A stretch of DNA of 55,116 bases, filler included, from Streblomastix strix (Eukaryota): the NCBI GenBank assembly GCA_008636045.1. It is 2 parts of 2 records of this genome, joined end to end, with 100 filler letters (N's around TTAATTAATTAA, not from the genome) between each part and the next. Parts side by side here need not be neighbours in the genome. Positions count along the whole stretch, not along the records: positions 1 to 27,585 come from SNRW01000141.1; positions 27,686 to 55,116 come from SNRW01000142.1. The stretch is one strand, 5' to 3'. Made by a program: the position numbers and the translations under genes. Below the pieces are notes generated by a model that was given only the letters and a program-made list of their open reading frames with translations, had not been told where the DNA came from and did no database searches. This document shows, piece by piece, positions 26,751 through 41,179 of the stretch; within the stretch, counting starts at the first letter, position 1, and each line of letters opens with the position of its first letter.

Positions 26751-27585
26751 TCAATCGTTAACGATTCGAACAGTGGATCGCTTCGGAGTCGCTTTATTTG
26801 ATCGTGTTCCGCATTTTATTGGAAATTCTGCCTATCCAGCGTCAGATATTCCAGTTAATGGGCGAACATAAATGTAATCATCAATCGCAATAAAGTTCAA
26901 ATATTTTTTGAACTAATCAATCTCCAAGAAATCCGAATAATAATCAAATCTGTCGATGTCGTATCTATATTTTAAGATTTTATAATATTTCAGATAAAAG
27001 TGGTATATAAATTAATATTTATTGATTTATTTGTTTCTTATATATAAATTTCATTTAAAATCTATTTATCATATATAATAATATACATAATGATTTCATG
27101 TTCATGAGATGGATCATTATAATATTCGGCTTAGTGTTAGGTAACCGAGCGGAGCTGTGATGATAAGGAAGAAATGGATTAAATTCCATCTTTTGGCATA
27201 TTTCTCTAAATGCCTGTGCTATAATTACCAAAAATACCGTCAGGTTCCCCCTTCCCATGATATGGTTCATTAAAATTCACTTCACAGCTAACGCCAGGCA
27301 ATAACGGATTTTCTAAGTTTAGCAAAGACTATATCAATTGCTTATTCCGAAAATGAGGTCCACCATCGGACCAGAAATGAACAGTCTCCACATCTTACAT
27401 GAATGAGGTTTCGAACATATATTGAATGCACTTAAGTGAGAAAGCACCAGTAAGATTGAGTATTGTTGAAAGAATCGTTATTACTTTTTTATCATTTAAA
27501 TTATCTTCTATTCCTTTATATATTACTGCAGTAAGACAAGAAACTGGTGCTTTATTAAAGAAGCTTCTACTATCCTAGTCCCAAT
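26751..27585 (-). CDS. DDD-type (Sola-like) transposase, C-terminal part, 5'-truncated by the contig end; intron 26965-27086
   Basis: VHFWSDGGPHFRNKQL...NFNEPYHGKGEPDGIFG; a GT-AG intron restores the frame to IYDIDRFDYY...RIVND-TGA. Confidence 0.7.
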
Positions 27586-27685
27586 NNNNNNNNNNNNNNN
27601 NNNNNNNNNNNNNNNNNNNNNNNNNNNNNTTAATTAATTAANNNNNNNNNNNNNNNNNNNNNNNNNNNNNNNNNNNNNNNNNNNN
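27586..27685. other. Artificial contig linker
   Basis: 44 N + TTAATTAATTAA (27630-27641) + 44 N; a stop-codon-rich spacer of the kind used to concatenate contigs. Confidence 0.95.
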
Positions 27686-28180
27686 TTAATAATACATATA
27701 TGTTATTAAAATTAAACCATAATTTCTCGAACTTTAGGAAAGTTCAATACTTGGACTTATTCTCCGGCCTGTATATCAGAAAAAAATGAATTGATTAAGG
27801 TTAATTTATTCTTTTATTTTTTCTATGTATTCCATGTCATCTTTCAACAGACATAGTCAAAAATAAAAAAAATAATTTAATAATGTAAAATAAAGAAAAA
27901 ATAACAATCTTAAAAGATGATAAATAAATAATGCAGAATCTTAGTGTATTGATTAGTTTGAATATATATGTATAAAAAAGATAGAGAGAAATTAATGATA
28001 TAAGTTAAAATCCTATTCAAATATTATTTATGGCTAAAATAGTGAAAATAAATGTAGATGATAAAATTTCCGCAGATGATATTATATATAAAACATAATA
28101 ATAATTTCACAGATTATACTATAAATTAAAATAAAAATCTTTTCACTCTAATTCATAAATTATCATTTAAAATCTTCACT

Positions 28181-31100
28181 TCATTCAGTCTCATCATTTT
28201 CAGTGTTATACTTCTCACTCTTATTAAATTGTATATATCCAGAGCTGTTCTTATTCAATGAAATGTTTTAATTTTGCTATGCAGTGTTAGTAGGTGATTT
28301 GATAGCATTTGTTGGCACAGCGATATTATCAATACTAGTGTTAATTGTCTAATCCGACAATTGGAATGTTTTAGTGCTGGATAATAGCGGTGCTGAATAA
28401 GATGATCCTATTTAAGTATATAGTGATTATTTGCTTACCACCATTTTGGAAACGTTTGGCGTTTTCATCTATTCAGGTTCTATATTATTAATCTGATATT
28501 AAGCATTAGGTCGATTGATTTATTGAATCTAAGATTAATTTTAATTCTACACTACTTCTCCATGTTCATTCAAAACGCCTTATTACTCACTTTCATTCAA
28601 CTTTTGTTGCTTATTTGCATCTTTTTCCAAAACAGTTCCTGTGTATTCGCTCCAATCAATATCTTGTTGTCGCTTGTTATACCTTACGAAATGGTGACTG
28701 ACTTGTGCATGCTGTATAATTGGATTTTCAGTTTAATCATTCTGTGTGAAGTGCGATTGTTCATCTGTTTTTTATTTTGATTTGTTTATGTCAGATTCTT
28801 TGGTATATTCAATTCCTGTTTATTCAAACTAATGCATTTATGTTTGTTTTATTTCAGTTTTCAAATCTTTATCATCATAATCTGAATCTTGTTTTTGTTG
28901 TGAAAAGCTGAGAGGATGTGGGGTGATTTATTACTCATTTTCTAAACTATGATCAAGTTAATAATTATGAGGAATAATTCTTATTTCTTTTTATATTTTG
29001 TTAGAAGTTGCATCTTTTGCCAAATTTTCACTTTCTTTTCTTTTTTCACTTATTTACGCAAGTTTTTAAGGTTTAAAATCTTTAACTTTTGATTCATTTG
29101 ATTTAAAATGTTTATTACTACTATCATGTTCATGTCTGTGTAATCTTTCTTTTTCCTTCTGATATTCTTTTTCAGATGTTTTCAGTTGATTTTTATCTAT
29201 TTCTTTTCCTTAATTATTCTAATTAGATTCTTTTTGTGTTTTGTTGACATCATTTTGACTGTTAATTATTTTTGAATCAATCAGAGGAACATCTTTCTAT
29301 TACTGAAGCGCATTTTCAAACTGGTTTGGAATCCGCCTTTGAATCTCTTTCAATGCAATATCCTACTTCTCATTTTATCTCCCCTATTAAGGTGAAGTGT
29401 CATTCCTCTAACTCTTCTTCTATTAATCTTACTTCTAAGGCGATTCTAAAAACATCGGCAACATGGGCTAGTTGAATTTAGCCAGAAAGCTGTTTTCTTC
29501 GTCGGAACTCAACTTTTCCTCATTTGGGTTTAGGTGGATCTTCTCGCACATATCCGCAGTATTGCTGATCATCTGCACATTTTTGTTCACTTTGACAATC
29601 GACTGGAACAGATTTTCTAATTTTAGGTTTAAACCTGCTGTTTGGCACTGAACTTTGTTGTAGAGGACTTTTTCTGTTATATTGACCAAGTCCAGTTAGT
29701 ATTCTGATAATTTCACTTTTGGCTGATTCAGCATTTTTACTGGTTTTATGGATATTTCTTCTGGGATGTGCCCATCTGCTATGAAAAGATCATCTCTGAA
29801 GTCATTAAAAGTCTGTTCTTCGACTCCAACAGGATCATCAATGCAAACAAATCTGTATTTGACCCATTACTAGAAATCAAGGTCCCTTTGTCTCTTCTTT
29901 GAATACTGGAATTCGTCCTATATGTTTTTGATGAACTTCTTATTTGGATATGTAAGAGCTAAAATTATCTGATTCATTCCTAATCGAGCTTGTTTGAAGA
30001 CATTCTGGATACGTTATGCTTCAAAGTTGGTGACTTTATTCTTAATCATTGTTGCTATGCATGTCAAACTGCTGTTTACGAAATGGACTTCTTTCTTCAT
30101 CAAAACATGGTGGTTTGGATTCTGAATATCTTTTTATGTTCCAATTGGTATATTCAAACTTTTGAAATATTTAATGAAGCGTCGGAAAGCTTCGCGGATA
30201 ACGAGCCTATGCTAATTGAAAGTTCTCAAGTAAAATGACAATTGCTCAATGCCAATTATCACGTTTTGGAAATTCATGATTTTCCAATTTGTTGCTTCTA
30301 TTGTTATTGGGAATGGAGATAAACCGAATAGAATCTAAAGGAATGGTTTGTTGTTAAGTAAAATAAATAAAATAATATTAAGCAAATAAATAAATAAAAA
30401 TAAATATATAAATAAATAAATTATTTAATTAATAAATAAATAAAATCAATAATACAAAAATAATTAAACAATTAAATAAATAAATAAATTAACTAATTAA
30501 TAATTAAAATTAATCAATAATACAAAAACAACAATAAAATTAAATACATTAATAATTATTTACACACCTCCGACTACTGAAACCTTCCATCCCTGATTGC
30601 ATAACTGGGCGCCAAATAATCCGCATGTTTAATTGGGGGTCTTCTTTAAATCTTCCCTGTTGCAATAAATTCTCTCACAGCTTGATCAATAACAGCCAAT
30701 TTAAACGTCCTTTCTTCAACGTCCCTATGAGAATCAATGACTTTTATCTGGCTGCATTTCCAGATATCGCCGAAATTCAAGATTTGCACTTGTAACACAT
30801 ATATGAGCACAAACAAATCGTTCATGGGTATTTTATCGTAGAAAGACGGAATAGAACGCACTATATTTCCCTGGCGACTCATGATAATGAAAGGCGGTAT
30901 TTCAGGTAAGTACTGCATTGATCCTTTTGGTGATATCTCAAGAAGATCGTCAACATCGCGTAGATGGTCACTCATGTGAAGGTAATAATCGTTTTCAAAG
31001 TCTTCTGCATAAGTGCTTTCATCGTTATCATCAATGATCTCAGTTTAGGGTTATCTGATTTGTATTTGTTTATCTTGATTTTGTTCAATATTATCTTACG

Positions 31101-34100
31101 GTTTTTCTTATTGCTAAGGAGTTTCTTATTTTTGTGGATTTGCATTTTATGACTATGATTGTAATGCAATTAGATTCAGATACATTTTCCTAAAGAAGTC
31201 ATTTTGATCGCCACCAAAAATTGAAGTGAAACCTGCATTGCATCTTTTGATGAATGAGAAATGCTATGAAGTTGGTATCCTTGCATTTAAGACAGCACAT
31301 AATGGAAGACATTCAAAGATATCTTTGTCTTAATCTGACAATTTTTCATTTATTAGTTTTGATTTTTTCTTTCTTTTAGCTTTTTTATAAAGCGGATTTG
31401 GCACAAGCGTATATATAAGCACTTCCTGATCACCAACTAAGCCAAACTGATTCAAACCGAGTAGCGAAGCATCTATAATCAGTGTGGATGAGTATGCTTA
31501 TGCTACCAGCTTGGTATATTGACCGAATACTGCTGCTGTTTACACCAGATCTCTCTTTCTATGCTTCAATTAGATTCCTGCAATCATCGCTAGATCATAC
31601 CCAATCATCGGGTGGGTTATTTTCGATGTTGGTATTTCATAACCTTTGATTTATTCTTGCGTTTCAGTGCGATTTACTGAATTATCACTAATAACTTTGA
31701 CATCTTATGAAATGACTTATACTCCACTTTATAATTATTATTACTGATTATGCATATTTTTATTAGGAATGTTATCTGCAATTCTGCAAACTCTATTGCA
31801 ATGAATGCATCGTCTTTAAGCAAAGCTTAAGGGCATTATAGATACACCAGGTAATTTAATTTAATGTTAATCATCTATTTTGTGAAATGCTGAAAGAGTT
31901 GCTGGTTAATTATCTGTTATTTTAGATTGATTTGGATTAAGTTTACTATTTGCATTAATTATAATAGATTTCCTAATTTTTTGATTTGATTTTATCTTTT
32001 TCTTAATATTTGACTATTCTTTTGATTTTCTTAACACTTCATCAAATAAGTATGCATCTTTCATATTAAACGCGCAAAGTTAATGTTATTTAATTTAAGT
32101 TGCGCTAACAATCTAATTAACTTAATCCAAGAATATATCAACAAAAGCAAATCCGCATGGAGCAAATACAACTGATGCTCTCAGGTATCGAGGTAGCATC
32201 ATATACCTTGGAACAACATTGCCTAACTTAAAATTAGCAGTAAATTCGCCCATGTTACTTCTCCCATTGATAAGCAATGGTTGCACTTAATTAGGCAGTG
32301 ACTAACGGAAAGGACGATGTTGACTAAATTAGAAATGAATGTTTGTTATTGGGGAAGGAGCAATGATGAATGCAATAAGTTTAACATTGAAAGTGAATGG
32401 ACTGTGAATTGAGTATGATTCGATGGGTCGAGATGGAACAGCAGATGAATCGTTGCTGTATACGTAAAAATGACGTTTGTTTGGTAGTGTTATATTGTTA
32501 TTCAATTCTGCTAAGTTTTCAAAATCTTGCAAGTTGCGTACATTTGTGATTGATGCATGAAATGGTGCTGATGGAAAAGATTTGCCATCTTCAGAGAAAA
32601 GAGGAGTATTGCATGAGCATTGCTGAACATTGAAATATTAATCTTATTATTATTACTCTAAATTATTATGAGTGTTTAATTAATTGAATTATTTATCATT
32701 TTTATAATCTTTATTTTTATATTCAGTATATTAAGATTTTATATTATAGATATTGCTGACAACATTCACTTTCTAATCATCCAATCTCGATCCAAGGATA
32801 AATACGAAAGCTCCTCGTCCATTAATAACAACAAGTGTCGATAGAAATCCATATATAGCTTATATCCCACCAAGGATTCTAATCCGCTTATATAATTTGA
32901 CTGATACATTAAGTAGCTCCATTGGATCGAAGTCAGATGTTACCACACTGGATGAAATATCTGGGAATGAGTGTTTTATGTTTTCTGAAGTTAAAAGTGC
33001 GTTTTCAATCTGATCGTTATTAAAGTAGATTTACTCATTATTATTATTATTATTATTAATGTTAGTGTTAGTTTTATTATTGATGTTATTATCATCATTA
33101 TCTTTGTTATTAATCTCTTTATCAAGCATTTATAGAGCAATATTTCTAGCGTTACCAAGAATATGGTGCCTTTCAATTTCAAAGATAAATATATCTGTTG
33201 TTATATCTGAACTAAATGTTTCTTATTACAATTCATCAATTTGCTGAATTATTTTATTTGAATCTTTTTATTTATCAGATTAATTTTAATCAGTTATTTT
33301 CTAATTAACAATTCCTTCTCGACCTGCTACACAGAGGAATGATCTTGCAAATCTATCATTAAATGCAACATTTTATTCAGTTTCTAGCAAAGCTGTGTCG
33401 GTTATTTATTTCTGGCTTTCTTCTCTGAATTTAATCTTTTTATTCGATTATCTTTCAAGATAATCATTTTCATTAAATATTTCAGTATTATCGTAATTTT
33501 TTCTCAATTATGAATTATGATTAATATTTCCAACTTCATTCTATGAATTATCTTTAATTGATTATGTTTCATTTTTAGAAGAATTATTTTATATTGATTC
33601 TTACATTTTGATAAGTTCACGTATATATGAAATATCCTATTTAATATCAACATTATCAAGTTTATCGATTTATTTGTTCATTGTTTCAAATTATTAAGAA
33701 ATTTAATTTTCATCGTCATAACCGAATTCTTTTGTAACTTTTTCCAGTTCATTAATAGTTCTATGTTGTGTTTATACAAACTCTTTTGCTCCTTGAAATG
33801 TTGGTACCGTTATGCACACCATATTGAAGAAGTTATAAAGCTCTGTTGAAATTGTTTTTTAATCTGATTCGGATTATAATTATATTGATTGAGATGAAAA
33901 ATTCTAATTATTGGTGTTGGATTAATTTTGATTAGATTTGTTGAAGCCAAAATCTAGTTTGAGACTTGATAAATTTAATTCTCCAACTTTAAGATGCATT
34001 TCAGATTCGTCATAAAGCATTATCATGTATGAATCAATAACCTTAACTGTTGTTTGATTAGCAGGTCTTGAAGATAAATCATTTTTTTCTTCTTTCTTAA

Positions 34101-37100
34101 TTTGATTATTAGTAGATTATTGTGAAATGGATTGTTATGATAAATTTCCTTATGTTTATTATTATTATTATTATTTATTATCTTAATAGTTTTAAACCTC
34201 ACTTTCTTACACTGATATTAATTATTTCTTCAATTTAGTTATCTACTAATTCCTTTTCTTAATTGATCCTATAATATTAGAAGGAGAAATCTAATGCGGG
34301 TGTCCAACTGAAAAATTAGTCTTCGTTGAATAGCACAAATTAACCTTCGGCGGATCATGCTTAAATTACGTATCCTTTTTCAAGCTGTAATTTCTGAAGA
34401 ATTTTGAGTGGCTTTCGTTGAACCAATCAGTTGCAACATCTACAAATAATTCTCCTTTATAATCTCGTTATGGAATTGATTGATGGAAATATTATCCGTT
34501 TTATTGTAATTGATATTTATTTATCTTCTATATTTATGTAGATTATGAAATTTCAATATTTTATTATTAATTATTTTATGATTATTCTGAGTTTTATTGA
34601 GTATTATCAATATTCTCTTTGTTATTCCATTTATCCTTCAAGTAATTAACGAAACTACTCTGAAATGGCAAATAAGTATCTTAGACTAATTACTAAGCAG
34701 TTGCAGCAGTAGTTTTATTCACAAATTATGCAATCCCCGAACTTTCTTTCTATTTCTTCGTGAATTCCTTCTAACCTTCGTCAAAAAAATTCATAGTGTC
34801 ATTATCCTGTATCTAAATCGGCTCGAAGTACGAATACTGCTTCTTCTCGAGGCTGAGCACTGCAATTGAGTGGAGTGTAGGAACATGCACAACTGCAAGT
34901 GGAAGAGAGGGCAAATCTTGGATCTGTCTTGTGAGGATATTGAGTTTGTCAACACAACCAAAAGATAACTTTTGCTCGGTGTGGTCAATCCATACGAGAT
35001 CGGGGCGTGGTGCTGGTGTTAAATTCGTTAAGTTTCCTTACAAACTGTCTTATGATCCATGGTTGATACTCTTCTAACTTACTTCACTTGTGCTATCATC
35101 AATATTATTATTCTTAATCTAAGGTTCATCATCTGCTACGCGCATTGGCATCAGTGAATGTATAACACCGAAGCATTCAAGATCCGTCCAGACAATCTTG
35201 CATGTTCGGTCGCCCCATTGTAATGAGTACGTTTTATCTCCGTATATATACATGGTATCTTCGGCTTCAACCATTTTCGCTGGTTGTTGGAACAACTTCA
35301 TTGTGTGAATGAGCGATGGAAAGAAGAACTGCGCTTTGCTGAAAAGTTTGCCTTATTTTGGTTACATTGGAGGAAAATTTAATATTATCTATAGCGGAAC
35401 GATTGTTGTTATAAACTGGCCATTGTGACCAGCAATTAAAAGTGCAGCTCCATCATTACTAAGATAATTCTTTTGACCAATATTCTGATTAATTTCAATC
35501 TAAGTCTATTATTATTGTTATTCAGGGACTTGGTACAAAGAAGTAGCTCCAATCATATGATTCATGTCATCAGCATCAAGTTCCTCTTTAGTGAATATGC
35601 GAACTTGGTTCTTGAAAGTTGTGAGAAGAATCTACTCTGGTCGATCAAAGGGGAATAAATCGAATAAACGAGTCATTGTGATCATAGATGAGCATTACAC
35701 TTCTACATACATATGTGATCCATATGAAACTTCAACGTATTTAATTGGTTTTTATGATATTTTCTATTTAATTGGCTATTTAGAAATAGTTCCAATTGTG
35801 TCAGCATCCAAAACTGTGCATTAGTTTTCTATCTATTATTACCCACTTTCATCTTTTCTCTGCGAATTACCTTCATTTTCTCTATATTTAACTCCATTCT
35901 GAACAACAAGCTCGGGTTTAGGTCTCTATATAACTGGGTATATAATCTGGTTCTTCAGTTATTCCACAAGTCTCTCACCTGCATCCCAAAGATTCTTTCT
36001 CGTTTACTCCGATTTAATGCCAACTTGATCGTTGTCCAATCTGAAGACGAAAACGGCATTTGGACTTTCACATCCAACTACTAAGAAAGATCTCGTTTTT
36101 ATTGTTGATGCAGATAATGATTTAACATTTGATGGGAAACAAAGTGTTGAAACTGGATTGACATTTGCAGTGGGTGTTTCTTTCAACATCTGTTGATTTC
36201 CTAGTTATGAAAGTGTATCAACGCTTCCACGTCTGTTTTTGGGTATTGCTGGATTCCAAACAAGTACGTAAACGATGCATTTATATGAAACAGCGATCAA
36301 TTTGTCTGTTATGCATGCATTCTCAAATGTGATCCTCTAATTCTAGTGTGGCTATTCATGCATATACAGACTTGATCTTGGTGAATGATAATTAATAGGC
36401 CGGAGTGACGAACTTGAAAGTTACAATGTTGGGTTAACAAACTGTTGCTTGCAGAAATCTTCTGTCAGAAGCTAAGGTGCTTGCCATGATATTTTGTGCT
36501 TGATGTCATAGCCGATGTATTCGGATTGTATTTATTGAATGTTGTCGTCTTGTTGGTTTATTGGTTATATTTGTGGATCTTGTTTAATATTGTTATTATT
36601 ATTATTTTAATCTTTCTAATTCGATTATAATTATTTCTGCTATTAACCCTATTAACGAATAGTGAACTTTAGTGTCGGAATAATACGTACTTCAGCTGAT
36701 GTTATTTATACAATTGCTCCACTTGCACTCGACAATGCAATAGTTTTCTTCGTAACATCAATTCCAACAGTTTTAGAGTCGATTTATTCAACAGCATCTT
36801 CCTGAACTGTGAATAAAGATTGTGAATATGTATAACTAAGATTCATCACATCATCTTCTTTTAATAAAGGAGAAGTGAATGGATATTGCATCGATCTTTT
36901 ATAATTATCCTTTTTTATATCACTCTTATTCTTATCATTATTTTCCTCTTTATTATTATCAATAGTTTTCTCTTATTGTATCAACAGTAGAGAATGCCTC
37001 GTAGATCCAGAGAAGGACTTCGTAGTGAAAAGTTACGGAAGATTCTCATACCATTTCCCTTGCATAATAGCTTATAACTTATGGCCTAACCCCACATTAT

Positions 37101-40100
37101 GCAAAGCTCCAGTTCTTTCATTCACAACTCCAAGTAAAAATCGGTCCTCGATTGAATGATAAGGTGATTGGTTCTAGTTTGGTAAGGATATAACACTGCT
37201 CATGCATATGGAATTGTACTGGAAATCTTCTGGCGAGCCTTCGCCGTGTTCCTTCATTATTGTGTCCTAACCTGGAAAGTCAAAGAAAGTTCCAGATTTT
37301 AAGTCCAGAACCATGGACGAGTTCTACGCTGATATTATGAAGAGCATCGACGTCCCAATTTTGAGTTGGATGTTCTCAAGATCGCTCTTCATGCTTGAGT
37401 TCTCTGAATTATACGAGCTTTGGCTGAAGTTGTCCTGTTCAAAGCTGCTTTGAGACAGTTTAGAATGCATGGATCTTGAATCTGGAGATTATGATGAGAA
37501 GGGCAGATACCAATTCCCACCATTGGTCATAACTAAGTTGACAAACAGCTTGAATGGATAATAATGCTCTTGTACTTAACCGTTAGCGATTATAATAAGA
37601 GCTTTTCCAGTGCAGATGAACAATTTATCATAGGAACTTACATCTCTTTATTGTTTTCGTCGAACTATTTTCTTCTGATCTTCATTATAACCAATTAGCT
37701 AATTTCTATTTAATTTTTCACTGTCAAAATTTATACTCTTCTTATCCTGATCATGTCCTGCCACATACAAACATGCAATTGGTGGAAATGGAAAAGGTAT
37801 TTGAAACATGAACTTGAGTTTTGTGAGATGTGAAGTGAAAAGTGCAACTCCGAAAGAACTGAAAATTAAGAATGGGTGGAAATTTGGAATTGGAATTTGT
37901 TTGCTGAGTGAAAATTGTTAATTATTGTCAGGAGATGGAGATTTGTATGTGGAAATGGTTGAATTGAAATCTTGTTGTGTTTATAGTTATTATTATTATT
38001 ATTATTCTATTTAAGTGGGTGTTTTTACTTGATTATCATTAATATTAATATTAGATGGACTTGAAAGTGAGTTATCTTCTTCATCTGAATCTTTTATTCT
38101 GTGTTTGAATGTAATGTTTGGAAATGTGATTATTAATGGATTGGATTTAATTTGATGACTTTCTATGTGTTTTCGAAGTGTATTTATTGATTCAGATTGT
38201 TAAATTGAAATATTATTATATTCATTGCTATTTAATGCAACTCGTTATATCTGTGATGTGGAAATATTTTCTTTTTACTATTAATTATTATTATTATTAT
38301 CATTATTTATTTAATACATCTAATTCCTGCTATTATCAGAATTATCATTCTACTATTATTATTATTACTACTACTACTAATTCAATCCATCATCATTCAC
38401 ATCATCAATAGCCTCTTTCACAATATTCACATCATCCACATGCACACGATCAATTTACACGATTTCTTCTCCTTTAAGCGTCTTCATAACTCGTGCTTCA
38501 TCAACAACTGGCATAACACGCGATGCAGAAGGTGGTAGTGCAGTTAGTACAAAAGAATGAAGCTGAATCCGGTGGTTGTGGAAGTCAAATAGTAATGAGA
38601 ATAGAGAAACTCCAGATGGCGTATCTACAAGAGCGATGGCAGTTGTTGATGATTTGCTGTTTGTTCTTGGTTGGTTGTATAGTCTATATTTGGGGGATGT
38701 TATTTTTGGAGAAATGCTTTTAGGTGATGTTATTTTTGGTGAGATGCTTTTTGGAGAAGTGATTTGTGGTGAGATGCTTTTAGGTGATGTTATTCTCCTT
38801 TCTAAATCTTCATGTTTTCTCTGTTGATACTAATGCTACTATTTCTATTATTACTAATCATATTATTGCCCACTAAGTATCTATAAATATTATTATTACT
38901 ATTATTATTACAACTATTACTCCTAATAATATTATATCTCATATAACCCACTAAACTCAGGTAATTAAACCCTCCCACGATTCTCATACGGGTTCAAACC
39001 AGGTCCAGCAACTTCTCCATCTCTTTCTCTGCTTAGAGGATCAGCAAATGGGAACGAAGGCATAATATAAGGCTTCTTTCGTATAGGAAATGGCTCAAGT
39101 TTCATCGCTGTGGTGAAAGTCAGGTGTCGAACTCGGTTGATTATTTGGAACAGTGAAGATTTGGAGGAGGTTTTGTTTTTGCTGTTTATGTTGTTGATGT
39201 TTTATTTGTGAGGTGAATTGTTAGTGTTGGCTGTGTTTGTGTTTATGTTCTGTGAAATTGGATTTGAATTTGTATTTGAATCGTTTGTTGTTTTTTATTC
39301 CTTATTAGCGTTTATCTTTGGTTGATCATCATCATCCTCAAAGAAAATGAAAGTATCGGCATTGGCAATACACAGATTCTTCTTGTTTTTATCAACAGTC
39401 TACTGCAAATTCCATTCAATTTCCAGCCCATTCTTAATCGTAGTGTTCATAACTTTCCCTTTGTACTTATGCTTCATCCCAGGATCAGCAAAACCAAACT
39501 TCCCAGGAAATTGCATCAGTGCTACCGACCAATTGTTCTTGATCACAGATAGCAAGCATGCATCAGGTCCATCGTATTTCACTCCTACAAACACGGTTTC
39601 ATCAACGAGTATAACAGCTCTAAAAGATATTCTAACAAGCGGTTTAGTTGTTCCTAGTTCTATTTTCTAACTTTATTTGGGAGTTGGTCGAGTGAAGAAA
39701 TGAGGTGAATTGTCGGTGATTGGAACTACAGATACTGCCCATTAGAATGTCTGAATAATATTTAATATATAGAATGAATATTTGCATGTTTAAATGTATA
39801 TTATATTGATTTATATTATTAAATAATATAATAAATAATACAAATATATAATACATATAATGAATTTATTTATTCATCAATTATCATACAGGATCAATGC
39901 GGAATCGTCGTTGTTCAGGTTATTTCATCAGAGGATGTAAAGCATTCAATATTGATCCAGCAGCTAAAGGAAGAAATCGAGATTTGTTCCACTGCAATAA
40001 AAGCCATTCTCCACCAATTGAAAGAACAAATAGACAATCAAGACTAAATTAATAGTAAAGATAAAGATATATATAAATATATAAAGGGAAATAATGAGCA

Positions 40101-40500
40101 CGAATATGAATGAATATAATAATAATAAGTTAATCATTTATTAATAATGACTATAAATAAATAATACAAACCTATGTGGATGTACTGATGAGCACAGACT
40201 GTATATTTCTTTAAATATGTTAATATGATCAACAAAATCAAAATTATCTTCTTCCTCGTTGTTGTTGAATACACTTAGAAATGTGGACTAAAAATTATAT
40301 AATAATTTCAATTACAGCAAAAGCAAATTATAAATATAACAAAAACTAAATATGTGGCTAACTTTTGCTAGTATAAGTGATTCAACGTTCCTATTGAAGA
40401 ATCTACCGACTACCATTGAGTTAATCTCACCTGGAAGGGCAAGCGTTTCGAGGTAAAAGCAGTCCTTACGTTCTTAGATGCTGCTTCCAGTGGCAGACAT
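28181..40500 (-). CDS. Very large (~3900 aa) DDB1/SF3B3/CPSF1-family beta-propeller protein with Q/N-rich insertions
   Basis: N-terminus LALPGEINSMVVGRFFNRNVESLILAKSTFLSVF...IFKEIYSL...LDCLFVLSIGGEWLLLQW matches the DDB1/RSE1 N-terminal pattern. GT-AG introns at 40288-40362, 40044-40171, 39751-39889 and 30335-30567 restore the frame; ends DETE-TGA. Not every codon in the middle was checked. Confidence 0.7.
38688..38795 (-). repeat. Coding tandem repeat, 15/30-nt period (ITSPKSISPK)n
   Basis: Translates to ITSPKSISPQITSPKSISPKITSPKSISPKITSPK within the large gene. Confidence 0.9.
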
Positions 40501-41179
40501 TCTAAAAAAATTATAATAAATATTTATAAAAAGAAAAAAATAAGGAAAATATTGCGATTTGGAACAAAATACGAAGTGATTTTGAAAGTTTTAAAAATAA
40601 ATTTTCTGTCAATTTTGTTTCAATAATCTCATCCACATATCAATTATATTTTATAATATTTGTATTAACAAGTAATAATATAATAAGAAAAAATGTAAAA
40701 TATGAATAAATTCTATCTGTGACAAGCAAGAAAAAACGTTTAAAAAATATTTTAAAAATTACATATTTTGGATTATTTAATTTAGTAATGTATAAAATTC
40801 GTTTGAAAATTGTTTAGTATCAATTGATTCTTGCATTAAAGATGCGTTTTTTAGAATTTTATTTCTGTTATACGCATATATTATAGTTTTAAAAAAAATG
40901 TGAAAAATTGTAATTTAAATGAAGTTTATTAACGAAATTATTAAGAAATATATTAAATATTTAATATTTTTTGCTATAAATTCCATAAATAATGTTTGCA
41001 ATTGGTCTTTAACAAGTAAATCCAAAATTTAAGGATATTATTCACGCATCTACTTAAGATATTTAATTATTTAAAATTTAATTTTAATGTTTAAAAAATT
41101 ATTTTTATAAACATTTGCAAACTAATCAATGAAAATAAATTTTTAGAAAGTACCAAATTTAAGAAGCAAAATAAGGGAA

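Noticed and set aside
27630..27641. TTAATTAATTAA palindrome within the Ns
   Set aside because: Synthetic linker; no linkage between the two halves of the window can be inferred.
30340..30560. (TAAA)n-like low-complexity tract
   Set aside because: It lies within intron 30335-30567 and is ordinary intron sequence.
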